DNA of 64,000 nt from an uncultured Verrucomicrobiae bacterium (GTDB lineage: Bacteria; Verrucomicrobiota; Verrucomicrobiia; Limisphaerales; Palsa-1400): NCBI GenBank assembly GCA_963707025.1, contig CAVPOM010000004.1, positions 736,001 to 800,000 on the forward strand, read 5' to 3'. Position numbers and translations under genes: made by a program. The notes under the pieces are model-generated. The model was not told the DNA's origin, made no database searches, and saw only the letters and a program-made list of their open reading frames with translations. Below are positions 12,237-25,590 of the stretch, piece after piece. Position 1 is the stretch's first letter, and the number at the start of each line of letters is the position of its first letter.

Positions 12237-13165
12237 TCATTTCTCCCCTCCTGCCAGGACCGTTTCAAAATGCGGGGGCTGCTCTTCGCGCGCCACCACG
12301 GTCACTTCGATTTTGCGAAGCCGGCCGCCTCCAGCCAGTTGTGCAAATCGCTTTCCGCAAATCCGAGCCAGCGGTCGCCGTGCAGTTCGCGCGCCTGCTC
12401 AAAGTTATGCTGCAACAGGTCCAGAATCATGATTTGTCCGCGCGGACGCAAAATGGCATGCGCGCCGCGGATGGCCTGGGGCGGACTGGCGGCGTGATGG
12501 AGGGCCTGGCTCAAAATCACCAGGTCCACGCTGGCCGGCTCGATGGGCGGATTTTCCAGATCGCCCAGGCGGAACTCGAGGTTTTTAATTTTATTCTTGC
12601 GGGCTTTGTTGGCGCCAAAGGCCACCATTTTTTCCGAGTTGTCCACCGCAATGACGTGTTTGGCCCGCCGCGCCAGCAATTCGCTGAGCAGTCCTTCGCC
12701 CGAACCCAGATCGGCCACCACCACCGGCGGGAGGATGCGCAGGAGCAATTGCCCGAAAGCCTGCCAGGAGCGGCCCGGCCCGTAGCTGCGATCAAACCGC
12801 CCGGCCACCTGGTTGAAATAAAGCTGGGCCTGCTGAGCCCGCCGTCCCACAATGCGCTTCAAGTTGATCTGGTCGGTGGCATAATCGGCCAGTTCCGCCG
12901 CGCCGCGCACGGCCAACTGGATGAATTCCCGCGCCGTGCCTTCCGCCTGCCCCGCGATTTTGTAAAAAGTCCGTTTGCCCTCCCGCCGGGATTCCAGCAG
13001 GCCGGATTCCTGCAACAATCCCAGGTGCGTGGAGATGCGGGACTGGCCCAGGCGGGTGATTTCCTGCAACTCGTTGACCGACAGCTCGTTGCGTTCCAAG
13101 AGCGCCATGATGCGCAGCCGCGTCGGGTCCGACAACGCCCGCAATGATTTTAAAATGGCTGACAT
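12237..13165 (-). CDS. sahR: ArsR-HTH plus SAM-methyltransferase regulator (SahR-like); 1-bp frameshift near 12312
   Basis: LRALSDPTRLRI HTH, VADLGSGEG; adding one A restores the C-terminus IEVTVVAREEQPPHFETVLAGGEK*; divergent from metK-ahcY. Confidence 0.75.
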
Positions 13166-13176
13166 GAAAATAAAGG

Positions 13177-13222
13177 TTGACTCATTGGCAAAAAGATATA
13201 TCTTCGTATCAAGATATGTCAA
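13177..13222. promoter_or_regulatory. Overlapping divergent promoters sharing palindrome AAGATATATCTT; candidate operator
   Basis: + strand TTGACT(13177)-16-TATCTT; - strand TTGACA(13222)-18-TATCTT. Confidence 0.5.
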
Positions 13223-13249
13223 TATGTATGTTTTTAAATCATTCAGCGC

Positions 13250-14428
13250 ATGAATAAATCCTTTATCTTCTCTTCCGAATCGGTGGGCGAAGGCCACCCC
13301 GACAAAGTGTGCGACACCATTTCCGACGCGGTGCTGGACGCCTACATGGCCCAGGACACGCGCTGCCGGGTGGCGTGCGAGACGTACGCCAAAAGCAACA
13401 TGGTGGTGGTGGGCGGGGAAATCACCAGCTCGGGCCTGGTCCACATCAACGAATTGGTGCGCGAGACCATCCGCGGCATCGGCTACGTGCATGAGGACGA
13501 TGTTTTTCACGCCGACAAGGTGTTCATCACCAATCTGGTCACCCGGCAAAGCCCGGACATCGCCCAGGGGGTGGACGCGCGCGCGGCGGAGGGCAAGGAC
13601 ACGGCGGAGCAGGGGGCGGGGGACCAGGGATTGATGTTCGGCTACGCCTGCGATGAGACGCCGGAATTGATGCCGGCGCCAATCATGTTCGCCCACCGGC
13701 TGGGCCGGGAGCTGACCCGGGTGCGCAAGAGCGGCCAGGTGGCCTGGCTGCGCCCGGACTCCAAGACGCAGGTTTCCGTCCAGTATGAGGAAGGCCGGCC
13801 GGTGCGGGTGGTCACGGTGGTCGTCTCCACCCAGCACGCCCCCGACGTCAAGCACAAGGAAATCAAGAATTTCGTCATCCAGGAAATCGTGCGCAAAGTC
13901 CTGCCGGCGGAGATGCTGGACAAGAACACCCGCTACCTGATCAACCCGACCGGGCGGTTTGTCGTCGGCGGGCCGCAGGGGGACACGGGATTGACCGGGC
14001 GGAAGATTATAGTTGACACATACGGCGGCATGGGCCGGCACGGGGGCGGGGCCTTCAGCGGCAAGGACCCCTCCAAGGTGGACCGGAGCGCGGCCTACAT
14101 GGGCCGTTACGTGGCCAAGAACATTGTGGCGGCGGGCCTGGCCACGCGCGCGGAAATTCAATTCGCCTACGCCATCGGCTATCCCGACCCGGTTTCCATT
14201 TGTGTGGATACTCTGGGCACCGGCACGGTCAGCGACCAAAGAATCGAGGAGGCGGTCAAAACGGTTTTCAACTTCAAGCCGGCCGCCATCATCAAGCAAC
14301 TCAACCTCCTGCGCCCCATCTACTCCAAAACGACCAACTACGGCCATTTCGGCAAAATAGACGATCTGGAGAGCATTACCTGGGAAAAGACCGACAAGGC
14401 CGCCGCCCTGAAACGAGCTGTCAAGTAA
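13250..14428 (+). CDS. metK: S-adenosylmethionine synthetase
   Basis: [32 protein letters not shown]. Confidence 0.97.
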   Translation: MNKSFIFSSESVGEGHPDKVCDTISDAVLDAYMAQDTRCRVACETYAKSNMVVVGGEITSSGLVHINELVRETIRGIGYVHEDDVFHADKVFITNLVTRQSPDIAQGVDARAAEGKDTAEQGAGDQGLMFGYACDETPELMPAPIMFAHRLGRELTRVRKSGQVAWLRPDSKTQVSVQYEEGRPVRVVTVVVSTQHAPDVKHKEIKNFVIQEIVRKVLPAEMLDKNTRYLINPTGRFVVGGPQGDTGLTGRKIIVDTYGGMGRHGGGAFSGKDPSKVDRSAAYMGRYVAKNIVAAGLATRAEIQFAYAIGYPDPVSICVDTLGTGTVSDQRIEEAVKTVFNFKPAAIIKQLNLLRPIYSKTTNYGHFGKIDDLESITWEKTDKAAALKRAVK

Positions 14429-14458
14429 AACAATCTCCACAACCGACCCAACCCGCTT

Positions 14459-15937
<1,479 letters not shown>

Positions 15938-16053
15938 TCCAGTCATTCCTAATCTTAATCCCAATCCTCCCCTCGGAGCAGGGCCAAGCAGGATCGCTCC
16001 TGAGCGGGAAAGTTTGGCCGCCCGCCCCCTTCCGGCTCAAAACAGAGACGCTC

Positions 16054-17107
16054 CTAAGATGAGGGCTGCTTTTTGTCCATGAATTCGGGGTAAAGGTTCT
16101 GGGCGCAACTGGGGCAGATGGAGTGGGAGAATTCCGCCTCGGAATGCCCGGAAATATAAGTTTCCAGCGCCTGCCAGTGTCCCTTTTCGTCGCGGATCCT
16201 TTTGCAGGAGGCGCAGATGGGCAGCAGGCCGCGCAAGGACCGCACCTGGGCCAGGGTTTCGTTGAGTTCCTGGATCATTTTCTTGCGTTCTTCTTCCGCC
16301 TGTTTGCGTTCGGTAATGTCCACCGCCAGAATGGCCACGCCGATGACCTGGCCGTTCTCATCCTTGACCGCGGAGATGGCGGAGGAAACATCCACGGGCG
16401 TTCCATCCCGGCGCAGCCGGACCGTGGTGCCAAACTCAGCCAAGGGCGCTCCTTGGCGCACGCCGTCCAATATCTGCCGCGTCTCCTGGTGCAAGGCCCG
16501 GCGGCACGACCAATTCTATCGTCTTGCCGAGGGCCTCTTCCGCCGCATACCCGTAAAGCCTTTCCGCGCTGGCGTTCCAACTGGTGATGATCCCCGCCTG
16601 GTCGGTGCCGATGACGGCTTCGCCCAGGGAGTCCACGATGGCCGCCAGCCAGGCCGCTTTGCGCAGGGTGCGGGCGCGCTCGCGCCGGGCCTGGGCCTGG
16701 CCAATTTCACGCTCGATGGCAGGGACCAGACGGGTGAGTTTACCCTTCATGATGTAGTCGTGCGCGCCCGCCTTCATGGCCTCCACCGCCAAATCTTCCC
16801 CAGCCGCTCCAGACACGACAATGAAGGCGAGATCCAATTTGTGCTCCCGCATCATTTCCAGGGCCGGAGCGACGCCGAAACCGGGCACCCAATAGTCGCA
16901 CAGCACCACGTCCCAGGTTTCCTGTTGGAGCGCCTCCTTCATGGCGGCGGCATCCTGCACCCGGCGGGATTGAAGCTGGTACCTTTGCTCCAAATGACGG
17001 ACGAGGAGGGCGGCGTCCAATTCCGAGTCTTCCACCAGCAAAGCGCGGAGGGCTTTTTTCACCGGTGGGGCCGGTTCCTTTGACTGGCTGGATATGGGCT
17101 CATTCAT
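16054..17107 (-). CDS. Response regulator with PAS domain and C-terminal LLPICASCKRIRD domain; frameshift near 16495
   Basis: Receiver LLVEDS...CDY...AHDYIMK; PAS ITSWNASAERLYGY continues as RRDGTPVDV...DITERK in the next frame. Confidence 0.8.
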
Positions 17108-17287
17108 GACCAATTGGCTTGGGCCTTTTCCATAACTAAGCATCATTTATGCCATTTGCCCGTCTGTTCCTCTATCAAAACCTTTCCCGGCGATGCTTGT
17201 CAACAGTGAAATCTGGAAGAACTTCTCCCTGAAATTTCCCGGTCGCCGCCCTTGCGCCGCGCCTGTCTTTTCCTTACTTTTGGCGGC

Positions 17288-17926
17288 TTGAAAAAGATCG
17301 TTCGCCCTGAAATTTCCAGGAAGGCCATTTACCGGCTGTCCGTTTATTTGCGCTGCCTGCAGCGGCTCAAGGCCAATGGCCTTCGCACCGTCTCCAGCGA
17401 AGCCCTGGCCAGGGTGGCGGGCGTCAAACCCACCCAACTTCGCAAGGACCTGGCCTGCTTTGGGCAATTCGGCACTCGTGGTTTGGGCTACGACGTCGCG
17501 CAATTGGCCGGGATGACTTCCGACCTTCTGGGCACCAACAGCTTGCAGCCGGTCATTTTGGTCGGCGTGGGGAACCTGGGGCGGGCGCTGCTTTCCTATC
17601 GCGGATTTGAACCGGAGGGATTTGAAATCGTGGCGGCCTTTGACACGGCTCCAGATCCCCAGCGAGTCCGGAGCAAGCATCTTGCCGCGCCGGTTTATGG
17701 CATGGAGAAATTGGGGGAGATCATCGCCCGCCGCATGGTGAAGATGGCGATCGTGACCGTCCCAGTGGCCGCCGCCCAGGAAGTCGCCAATGCTTTGGTT
17801 CAATTTGGCATCACCGGGATTCTTAATTTTGCCCCGCTGGTCTTGCGCGTTCCGCCGGAGGTCAAGGTCAACAACGTCAACCTGGCCATCGAACTGGAGA
17901 ACTTAAGCTATTTTGTGCAGCGTTGA
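17288..17926 (+). CDS. rex: Redox-sensing transcriptional repressor Rex
   Basis: RLSVYLR, LRKDLACFGQFGTRGLGY, VGVGNLGRAL, GILNFAP. Confidence 0.93.
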   Translation: MKKIVRPEISRKAIYRLSVYLRCLQRLKANGLRTVSSEALARVAGVKPTQLRKDLACFGQFGTRGLGYDVAQLAGMTSDLLGTNSLQPVILVGVGNLGRALLSYRGFEPEGFEIVAAFDTAPDPQRVRSKHLAAPVYGMEKLGEIIARRMVKMAIVTVPVAAAQEVANALVQFGITGILNFAPLVLRVPPEVKVNNVNLAIELENLSYFVQR

Positions 17927-17984
17927 ACCAAAGCAAGACATGTGGCAGTTTTGGACAGTGAGAATTGACCCAACCGCCCGCCCT

Positions 17985-18932
17985 TCATTTCTTCTTCAAC
18001 CGGACTTCAAAGAGCTTGGGCCAGTTCTTCCCGGTGACGAACAGACGATCCCCCGCCGGGTCGTAGGCAATGCCGTTGAGCACATCCGTCCCAGTCCGGT
18101 CCGCCTCCGGCAGCAAAAAGCTGAAGTCAATCATGCCCACCACCCTCCCCGAGGCGGGATCAATGCGCGCGACCGAATCGGTCTTCCAGACATTGGCGTA
18201 GATTTCGCCTTTGACGTATTCCAATTCGTTCAGGGCCTCCAGCGGCCTGTCCCCCTCGATCACACGGATCGTATGATCCACCGCAAAGGTCGCCGGATTG
18301 AGAAAGCGAAGCGTGGCGCTGCCATCGCTCAGAATCAACCTTTTGCCATCGGTGGTCAGACCCCACCCTTCACCTGTGTAGGAGAACTCCCCGACCTTGT
18401 GAAATGTTTGGGGATTACCCGTGAAGTCATAGACGAAGGCCTTGTTCTCCTTCCACGTCAGTTGATAAAGTTTGCCGTCAAACAGCGCCAGGCCCTCGGC
18501 AAAATACTGGCCGGGCACCGGCCATTTCCGCAGCACGTTGCCCGTGGCCAAATCCACCTCCCGCAGGCTGGATTGGTTATACTGGCCGGTGCTTTCCAGC
18601 AACTTGCCATCGTGGAACAGCAATCCCTGGGTAAAGGCCCGCGGATCATGCGGAAACGTATTCACCACCTGGTAACCGTAATAAGCCAGCTCCGCCGGCG
18701 CGGCGTTGGCCGCAGCGGGCGCGGTCAGGGCGGCGACGGGTGATGGGAGTGCTGGAGTGTTGGAGTTTTGGCTGGCAGGAGCGGCCGTTGGCGGGGCGGC
18801 GACGCTGTTGGCGGATTGTCCATCCGCTCCGGAAACCGCAAGGCCCAGGCAGCAGGCTCCCAGAAGCAGGACCGGCCACGCGCGCCAAGCGAGGGCGGCC
18901 GGCCGCCATTGGATTTGTCGCTCAATTCGCAT
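17985..18932 (-). CDS. Glutaminyl-peptide cyclotransferase, secreted
   Basis: PHDPRAFTQGL, ESTGQY, FAEGL, GEGWGL, LNELE, VLNGIAYD. Confidence 0.9.
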   Translation of the reverse strand: MRIERQIQWRPAALAWRAWPVLLLGACCLGLAVSGADGQSANSVAAPPTAAPASQNSNTPALPSPVAALTAPAAANAAPAELAYYGYQVVNTFPHDPRAFTQGLLFHDGKLLESTGQYNQSSLREVDLATGNVLRKWPVPGQYFAEGLALFDGKLYQLTWKENKAFVYDFTGNPQTFHKVGEFSYTGEGWGLTTDGKRLILSDGSATLRFLNPATFAVDHTIRVIEGDRPLEALNELEYVKGEIYANVWKTDSVARIDPASGRVVGMIDFSFLLPEADRTGTDVLNGIAYDPAGDRLFVTGKNWPKLFEVRLKKK

Positions 18933-19267
18933 CTGGTAAAAACGATTCAACGCGGACAGGGTAGGGCCTGTTGGCAAAACCTCAAGTCAAGGGTTGCGGT
19001 CAAAAAAATGCCAGCGGGCAAATGCAAAATGAAAAATCCGGGGCGGTTTTGGTCCGCGAAATACGAAAACCCGCCTGGAGTGGAGGGGCTGTGGTCTGAC
19101 GCCAAGACGCCAGGACCCAAAAGCGGCCACACGCTTCCGGAGGGTTGATTTTGCTTGCGCGTTTTTCCTCCACCGTTGTATAGAACCGCTGAGATTCACC
19201 CGTCTGTCGTCGGTTGATGACGGGTCAAAGATGTTCCCATTCCAGCAATGGGTTCCTGAGATGTCTT

Positions 19268-20617
19268 ATGAATAAAGCGCTGTCTGCTCTGGCTGCGGCC
19301 GCGGGTGCCCTGGTGCTTCTCGCTACGGGCTGCACTTCCAACCAGCCCTTTCGCACCAATTTCACTCCAGGTAATCCCGCCCAGTCCTCGGCCAATTGCA
19401 CCAATCCGGTCATCGAAGTCACTCCGGACTACAAGCTGGGGTTCGTGGAATTCGACGACCAGGGCTGGTTCTGGGATACCAATCAGGCCAGAGCCGTGGA
19501 ACAAATGATCCGGAGCGAGGCGGCCATCGGTCAGACCAATAATGCCCAAGGCATCGTCATCGTCGTCTTCGCACATGGTTGGAAGAACAACGCGGCGACC
19601 AACAACGACAACGTGGAGATGTTCCGCACGAACCTGCAGCAACTGGCCACGGCCGAAAGGATGCAAACCAACCACGCCCCGCGGAAGGTGGTGGGAGTGT
19701 ATGCCGGCTGGCGCGGTTTGTCCGCGACGCTGGAACCTTTCAAGGAACTGAGTTTTTGGGAGCGCAAGAGCACGGCCCACAAAGTCGGGGGTTATGGCGC
19801 GATGACAGAATTGCTGGTGGATTTGGAACGCTTGCAGCAGGCCGGCAACGATTCGCTCGCGGCAAACGCGCCCCGGACGGAATTGATTATCGTGGGCCAC
19901 AGCTTTGGCGCCGCGGCGGTTTATTCGGCCATCTCGGAAATGGTGACGGAGCGATTCGTGGACACAGTCAAATACGGGGTGCCGCTCAAACCGCTGGGCG
20001 ACCAGGTCATTCTGCTCAATCCAGCTTTCGAGGCCTCGCGCCATTACAACTTGAATCAAATGGCGCTGGCCATCGGCCAGTACCCAACCAATCAAAGGCC
20101 AGTGCTGTCCATTTTCACCTCCAAGGGGGATTGGGCCACGCATTATTTCTTCCCCATGGGACGGTTTTTCTCGACCCTGTTCGAGAGCAATCGCGACCCG
20201 GACCAGAAGAAGGCGAATCGGGATGCGGTGGGCTGGTTTCAACCGTTCGTGACGCATGACCTGATTTACAAGACCAACGCCGGGGCCTTGGCTGGCGGAA
20301 ACGGCACGTTCAATGCCGCGACGGGAAAAAGTGAACTTCACCACCCGGACCAATTGCAGAGAACGATCAACAACGTCCACTCGCAACGCGAGAAATGGCA
20401 TCCCAATAATTCCGCCGCGGCAACCTATTACTTTGACGAAAGCATTCTGAAACCGAGGGGAAATTACCGCCCTGGCGATCCGTTTCTGATTGTATCGGTG
20501 GATAAGAAGATTATGAAAGACCACGATGACATCGCCAACCCGAGGATCATCAATTTCCTCGTGGAATACATCCTGTTTTGCCAGACCGACCCGCAAGAAC
20601 ATTCCAAGCAACCATAA
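19268..20617 (+). CDS. Putative alpha/beta-hydrolase lipoprotein
   Basis: Lipobox LLATGC; FVEFDDQG, FAHGWKNNA, nucleophile elbow GHSFG. Confidence 0.7.
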   Translation: MNKALSALAAAAGALVLLATGCTSNQPFRTNFTPGNPAQSSANCTNPVIEVTPDYKLGFVEFDDQGWFWDTNQARAVEQMIRSEAAIGQTNNAQGIVIVVFAHGWKNNAATNNDNVEMFRTNLQQLATAERMQTNHAPRKVVGVYAGWRGLSATLEPFKELSFWERKSTAHKVGGYGAMTELLVDLERLQQAGNDSLAANAPRTELIIVGHSFGAAAVYSAISEMVTERFVDTVKYGVPLKPLGDQVILLNPAFEASRHYNLNQMALAIGQYPTNQRPVLSIFTSKGDWATHYFFPMGRFFSTLFESNRDPDQKKANRDAVGWFQPFVTHDLIYKTNAGALAGGNGTFNAATGKSELHHPDQLQRTINNVHSQREKWHPNNSAAATYYFDESILKPRGNYRPGDPFLIVSVDKKIMKDHDDIANPRIINFLVEYILFCQTDPQEHSKQP

Positions 20618-20908
20618 TTGGCAATCAGGACAGAATTGTAATGCGCCGCTGATGGGCGGGCTGGGAAAGTTGGGCGGGTGCCGATGCGCAGGCGCATCTC
20701 AATTCTCGACGGCGGGTGAGGCGGGCCGCGAGGCGCGGCCGGCAGCAGGCGGGGCGCGATTTGCGCGGAAGCATGGGAATCAAGGCGAAGAGTTCGCGCT
20801 CATTGGTGAAACGGGCGGAGGTTGCCGTCGTTTTTGAAGTTTGAACTTGCGCCGCCATCTCCAATCATTAAGATTTATGGCTTAGAATCGCGCACTGCGC
20901 GCGCATTT

Positions 20909-22252
20909 ATGGAACAACTGAATTTCGGCTTAATCGGCGGCGGGACGGTGGGCAGTGGTGTTTGGCACCATTGGCACCGGAACGGGGCGCTGTTGGAATC
21001 GCGGCTCGGCCTCCAGGCGCGTCTGCGCAAAGTGGCGGTCAAGGCGCTGGATGAGCCGCGCCCTTACCCCATCCCAGCCTCGCTCATGACCACCGATTGG
21101 CGCCGCGTGGTGCAGGACCCGCGGATTCACGCCGTCATTGAGCTGGTCGGCGGAACAACGGTGGCCAGGACGATGATTTTGACGGCGCTCCGCCTGGGCA
21201 AGCCGGTGATCACCGCCAACAAGGCGCTGCTTTCGGCCCACGGCGAGGAACTGTTCGCGGCGGCGCGGCAATACGGGGCCAATCTGTATTACGAAGCCAG
21301 TGTGGGCGGAGGGATTCCGATTATCAAAGCCTTGCGCGAAGGGTTTGTGGGAAATCGCATTTCCCATATTTACGGAATTGTCAACGGCACCTGCAATTAC
21401 ATTCTCACCCGCATGAAATTGCAGCATTCCGATTTCGCGCCCACCCTGGCGGAGGCGCAAACAATGGGGTATGCCGAAGCTGATCCGGCGACGGATGTGG
21501 ACGGTTTGGATTCCATGCACAAGACGGGCATCCTGGCCTCGCTGGCGCACGGTTTTTGGGTTGAGCCGGCGGGCATTTCTGTCGAGGGCATTCGCGCCAT
21601 CACCAGGACGGACATCGAATTCGCCGAAAAACTCGGCTACACCATCAAATTGCTCGGCGTGGTCAAGGTGGTTTCGGGCGCGGCGGCTTCGGGCCGGGGC
21701 GCCGGCAAAGGCAGGGGCGGCCACTTCATTCAGGTTTCGGTTTATCCCTGCCTGGTTCCCAACAGCCACGTCCTGGCCGGCGTCAACGATGTTTTTAACG
21801 CGGTTTTTGTGCGGGGCGACGTGGTGGGCGACACCCTTTTTTACGGGCGCGGAGCGGGCAAGGACGCCACGGCCAGCGCGGTGCTGAGCGACATTGCCGA
21901 TGCGGCGCTGGATTTGAAGCACGGCACCAAGAACCGTATTCCGGCCTTTGTCCCGCACGATCATGGAGGCCATCTGCTGCCCGCGGCGCTGGCGGTCTCG
22001 CGCTATTATGTGCGGGCGAGCGTGGCGGACAAGCCGGGCACCCTGGCCAAAATTGCGGCGATTCTGGCCCAAGGCAAAATTGGCATCGCTTCGGTCATAC
22101 AGCCCGAAGGCCATGAAGGCGGGGTCGTGCCGCTCATTCTGATGACCCATGCCGCGCCCTTCGCCGCCATGAAAAAGGCCTTGCAGAAAATCGCCCGCAC
22201 CCCCGTGGTGAAGACGCCGCCGATCATGTTGCGCGTGGAGGGATTTGAGTAA
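20909..22252 (+). CDS. hom: Homoserine dehydrogenase with C-terminal ACT domain
   Basis: GGGTVGSG, TANKAL, EASVGGGIP, GYAEADP, GRGAG. Confidence 0.93.
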   Translation: MEQLNFGLIGGGTVGSGVWHHWHRNGALLESRLGLQARLRKVAVKALDEPRPYPIPASLMTTDWRRVVQDPRIHAVIELVGGTTVARTMILTALRLGKPVITANKALLSAHGEELFAAARQYGANLYYEASVGGGIPIIKALREGFVGNRISHIYGIVNGTCNYILTRMKLQHSDFAPTLAEAQTMGYAEADPATDVDGLDSMHKTGILASLAHGFWVEPAGISVEGIRAITRTDIEFAEKLGYTIKLLGVVKVVSGAAASGRGAGKGRGGHFIQVSVYPCLVPNSHVLAGVNDVFNAVFVRGDVVGDTLFYGRGAGKDATASAVLSDIADAALDLKHGTKNRIPAFVPHDHGGHLLPAALAVSRYYVRASVADKPGTLAKIAAILAQGKIGIASVIQPEGHEGGVVPLILMTHAAPFAAMKKALQKIARTPVVKTPPIMLRVEGFE

Positions 22253-22266
22253 GGATCCCGGCCAGC

Positions 22267-23355
22267 ATGAACTCCATTCTTCCCGAACAAGGGGATCGTT
22301 GGCGCGGGGTCATCCACGCCTACCGCAGTCTGCTGCCGGTGACGGCCAAAACGCCGGTCGTTTCGCTCAACGAGGGAAACACCCCGCTGATTCGTGCGGA
22401 CAACTTCGTCCGGGCCGTCGGCGGGGAGTTTGAACTGTGGCTCAAATATGAGGCCGTCAATCCCACCTGCTCGTTCAAGGACCGCGGCATGAGCGTGGCG
22501 GTGTCCCTTGCCAGTGAACGCGGCGCGGAAATGGTCCTCTGCGCCAGCACCGGCAACACCTCCGCCTCAGCCGCTGCTTATGCCGCGCGCGCCGGCATGA
22601 AATGCGTGGTGCTCCTGCCGCACGGCCATATCGCCCTGGGCAAACTGGCCCAGACCCTCCTCTACGGGGCGACCACGGTGGCCGTGCAGGGGAATTTCGA
22701 CGCCGCCCTGCGCATTGTCCGGGAATTGGGCGCCACCGGGAAAGCGGAGGTCGTCAACAGCATTAATCCGGCGCGGATTGAAGGGCAGAAGACGGCCTCG
22801 TTCGAGATTTGCGACCAGTTGGGGCGCGCCCCCGATTTTCATTTTCTGCCGGTCGGCAACGCCGGAAACATCACGGCCTACTGGCGCGGCTACCAGGAAT
22901 ATCACGCCGCCAAAAAAAGCGACCGACTGCCGCGCATGTTCGGATTTCAGGCGGCGGGAGCCGCCCCCATCGTGGACGGCGCTCCCGTGGCCGAGCCGCA
23001 CACCATGGCCTCGGCCATCTGCATCGGCAATCCGGCCAGTTGGCAGGGAGCCACCAACGCGCTGGCCCAATCCGGCGGTTTTATTGGCAAAGTCACTGAT
23101 GAACAGATCGTGGCCGCCTACAAACTGATTGCCCGCACCGAGGGCCTGTTTGTCGAACCCGCCTCGGCGACCTGTTTGGCCGGCCTGATCGCCTGCCTCA
23201 AAGCGGGGAAAATTCCGGACGGAAGCGTCGTGGCCGCCACCATGACCGGCCATGGTTTGAAAGACCCCGACAACGCCATCAAGTCCGCCGGACGGGAGCC
23301 TATCGTGGTGGCGGCGGACCAGGAGGCGGTCGGCAAAGCCATCGGCCTGTCATGA
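22267..23355 (+). CDS. thrC: Threonine synthase
   Basis: NPTCSFKDRG PLP lysine, ASTGNTSAS, PVGNAGN, TGHGLKD. Confidence 0.93.
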   Translation: MNSILPEQGDRWRGVIHAYRSLLPVTAKTPVVSLNEGNTPLIRADNFVRAVGGEFELWLKYEAVNPTCSFKDRGMSVAVSLASERGAEMVLCASTGNTSASAAAYAARAGMKCVVLLPHGHIALGKLAQTLLYGATTVAVQGNFDAALRIVRELGATGKAEVVNSINPARIEGQKTASFEICDQLGRAPDFHFLPVGNAGNITAYWRGYQEYHAAKKSDRLPRMFGFQAAGAAPIVDGAPVAEPHTMASAICIGNPASWQGATNALAQSGGFIGKVTDEQIVAAYKLIARTEGLFVEPASATCLAGLIACLKAGKIPDGSVVAATMTGHGLKDPDNAIKSAGREPIVVAADQEAVGKAIGLS

Positions 23356-23387
23356 CGGCGGAGTGATTTTTTAAAACGACCAGCGCC

Positions 23388-24605
23388 ATGTCTCTCATTG
23401 TGCAAAAATACGGCGGCACCTCCGTCGCCAACCCGGACCGGATTAAAAACGTCGCCCAACGGGTGGCGGCTTGCCGGGCCAACGGCGACCAGGTGGTGGT
23501 GGTGACCTCGGCCATGAGTGGCGTCACCGACGACCTGATCAAAATGGCCAGGGCGCTCATGCCGCTGCCCAACGAGCGCGAGGTGGACATGCTCCTGGCC
23601 ACCGGCGAACAAACCACCATTGCCCTGACCGCCATCGCCCTGCACGCCCTGGGCGTGCCCGCCATATCCTTGACAGGCGCGCAGGCCGGCATCGTCACCG
23701 ACGGCGTCCATAACAAGGCCAAAATAAAGGACATCACCCCCAAACAAATCCACGCCCTGCTCAAGCAGGGCCAGGTCGTCATTGTCGCCGGATTCCAGGG
23801 CCAAACCATGGAAGGCCAGATCACCACCCTGGGGCGGGGAGGATCGGACCTGACGGCCATCGCCCTGGCCGCCGCCCTCAAGGCTGGTCTGTGCCAGATT
23901 TACACCGACGTGGACGGCGTCTATACCGCCGACCCGCGCATCGTTCCCAACGCCCGCAAGCTGGCGGAGATTTCCTACGATGAAATGCTCGAACTGGCCG
24001 GGCTGGGCGCCAAAGTCATGCAGTCCCGCTCGGTGGAATTCGCCAAAAAATTCGGCGTCATCTTCGAAGTCCGCTCCAGTCTGAACCACAACCCAGGAAC
24101 TATCGTGAAAGAAGAAACTCCCAGCATGGAAAGCGTCGTCATCCGCGGCGTCTCGCTCGACAAAAACCAGGCCAAACTCACCCTGGTGCAGGTCCCCGAC
24201 CGGCCCGGCGTGGCCGCCCTGGTTTTCAAAGCCATCGCCGAGGCCAACATCAATGTGGACATGATCGTGCAGAACATCAGCCACAATTTGAATTCTCCGG
24301 CGACGGACCTTTCCTTCACCGTGGACAAGGCGGATTTGCCCAAGGCCAGCAAGACCATCGAGGCGCTCAAGGAAAAAATCGGCTTCCGCCAGGTCATCGC
24401 CGATGAAAAGATCGGCAAGCTTTCCATTGTGGGCGTGGGCATGCGCAGCCATCCCGGCGTCGCGGCCAAAATGTTCGAGACCCTGGCCCAGGCCGGCATC
24501 AACATTGACATGATTTCCACCAGCGAGATCAAGGTCTCGGTCACGATTGATCTGGCCAAGGGCGAGGAAGCCATGCGCGTCGTTCACGCCGCTTTCCTGG
24601 GTTGA
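23388..24605 (+). CDS. lysC: Aspartate kinase
   Basis: VQKYGGTSV, TTLGRGGSD, DVDGVYTADP, two ACT domains. Confidence 0.95.
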   Translation: MSLIVQKYGGTSVANPDRIKNVAQRVAACRANGDQVVVVTSAMSGVTDDLIKMARALMPLPNEREVDMLLATGEQTTIALTAIALHALGVPAISLTGAQAGIVTDGVHNKAKIKDITPKQIHALLKQGQVVIVAGFQGQTMEGQITTLGRGGSDLTAIALAAALKAGLCQIYTDVDGVYTADPRIVPNARKLAEISYDEMLELAGLGAKVMQSRSVEFAKKFGVIFEVRSSLNHNPGTIVKEETPSMESVVIRGVSLDKNQAKLTLVQVPDRPGVAALVFKAIAEANINVDMIVQNISHNLNSPATDLSFTVDKADLPKASKTIEALKEKIGFRQVIADEKIGKLSIVGVGMRSHPGVAAKMFETLAQAGINIDMISTSEIKVSVTIDLAKGEEAMRVVHAAFLG

Positions 24606-24710
24606 TGGCCAAAGTGTTGACATGGGTTTTCTGGTGATGGCTTGGATCACAGGATTAGGAGAGGGTTGCAGGCTGGGTGCATGGCAGGCCCTCCCCGGGG
24701 GGGTCGGGAA

Positions 24711-24769
24711 CTGAAACCAGGTGAAATTAGGTGAAACCAGGTGAAATTAGGTGAAACGGAATTGAAATC
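24711..24769 (+). repeat. 10-bp-period TGAAA repeat array, copy 2
   Basis: ctgaaaccag gtgaaattag gtgaaaccag gtgaaattag gtgaaacgga attgaaatc. Confidence 0.8.
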
Positions 24770-25414
24770 AGCCGCCATCCATTTTGAACCGCGAACCCCG
24801 GGTGGAGTGATGGAGTCATGGCGGGATGGAGTGATGGCGCCGGCGCGGCCAACGCCAGCAGAAAAATGCGGGGAATCCCGTCTTGGACCCGTCACCGTCT
24901 GATTCCACTGTGCCTTTCCCGTTCTCACTATGCGAATTTAGCATATAGGAAAGGGATGTCAACGGAAAAGTGCGGAAGAATGCGGATTGTTGCAAGGTTC
25001 TAAGCATTAGATACTTACGTATCCAGATAACCCCATAGTGAAGGGCAAAACGCGCCTTGCGGCCAGCGGCAAACCAAGGAATTGAACCGCGGATGGACGC
25101 GGAGGGAGGGGAGATGCAGAATGAAGGAGCGGCTTGAACCGCGGATTTCACGGATTTCACGGATAAAAAAGACCTTTCAACGCAGGGATCCACTCAACGG
25201 TTTGGCCGCCTATTCCTGCGCTGACTTCGCCAATGTCTGGCGTTATTCCGGCGTTGTCCTGGCGCGCCCGTGTTGATCGAACCCAGGAAATCTGTCGCCA
25301 GCGCAAAGGCAGCATCCTCCATGGTCCATGATCCATCGCCGCCGGTTTGCAAGTTTTCGGTGGAAAGTTCTTGCGCGCGGGGCGGGGGATGGGTTATCAA
25401 CGCGCTGTTCTTTG

Positions 25415-25590
25415 ATAGATCATGGATGGCTTTGCCATCCCGCCGTAGCCAGCGCTGGGAAGCTCGTGAAATTCGAGCACGGTTGCGCCACTGTGACGGG
25501 TTACAATCTTCCAGGGCCACTGGTTCCGCCAAACGGAGCCGGGAAGGCGGGAGTGCGGTCTGAAACCCGAAAGTCAGGACATCAGCATGG
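25415..25590 (+). ncRNA. Cobalamin (B12) riboswitch; ends approximate
   Basis: GGGAA-GCTCGTGAAATTCGAGC-ACGGTTGCGCCACTGTGA...GCCACTG...GGGAAGGC...AAGTCAGGA (B12 box). Confidence 0.88.

Noticed and set aside
12302..14440. 712-aa ORF as a fusion protein
   Set aside because: The N-terminal part is antisense to metK; the real gene starts at 13165.
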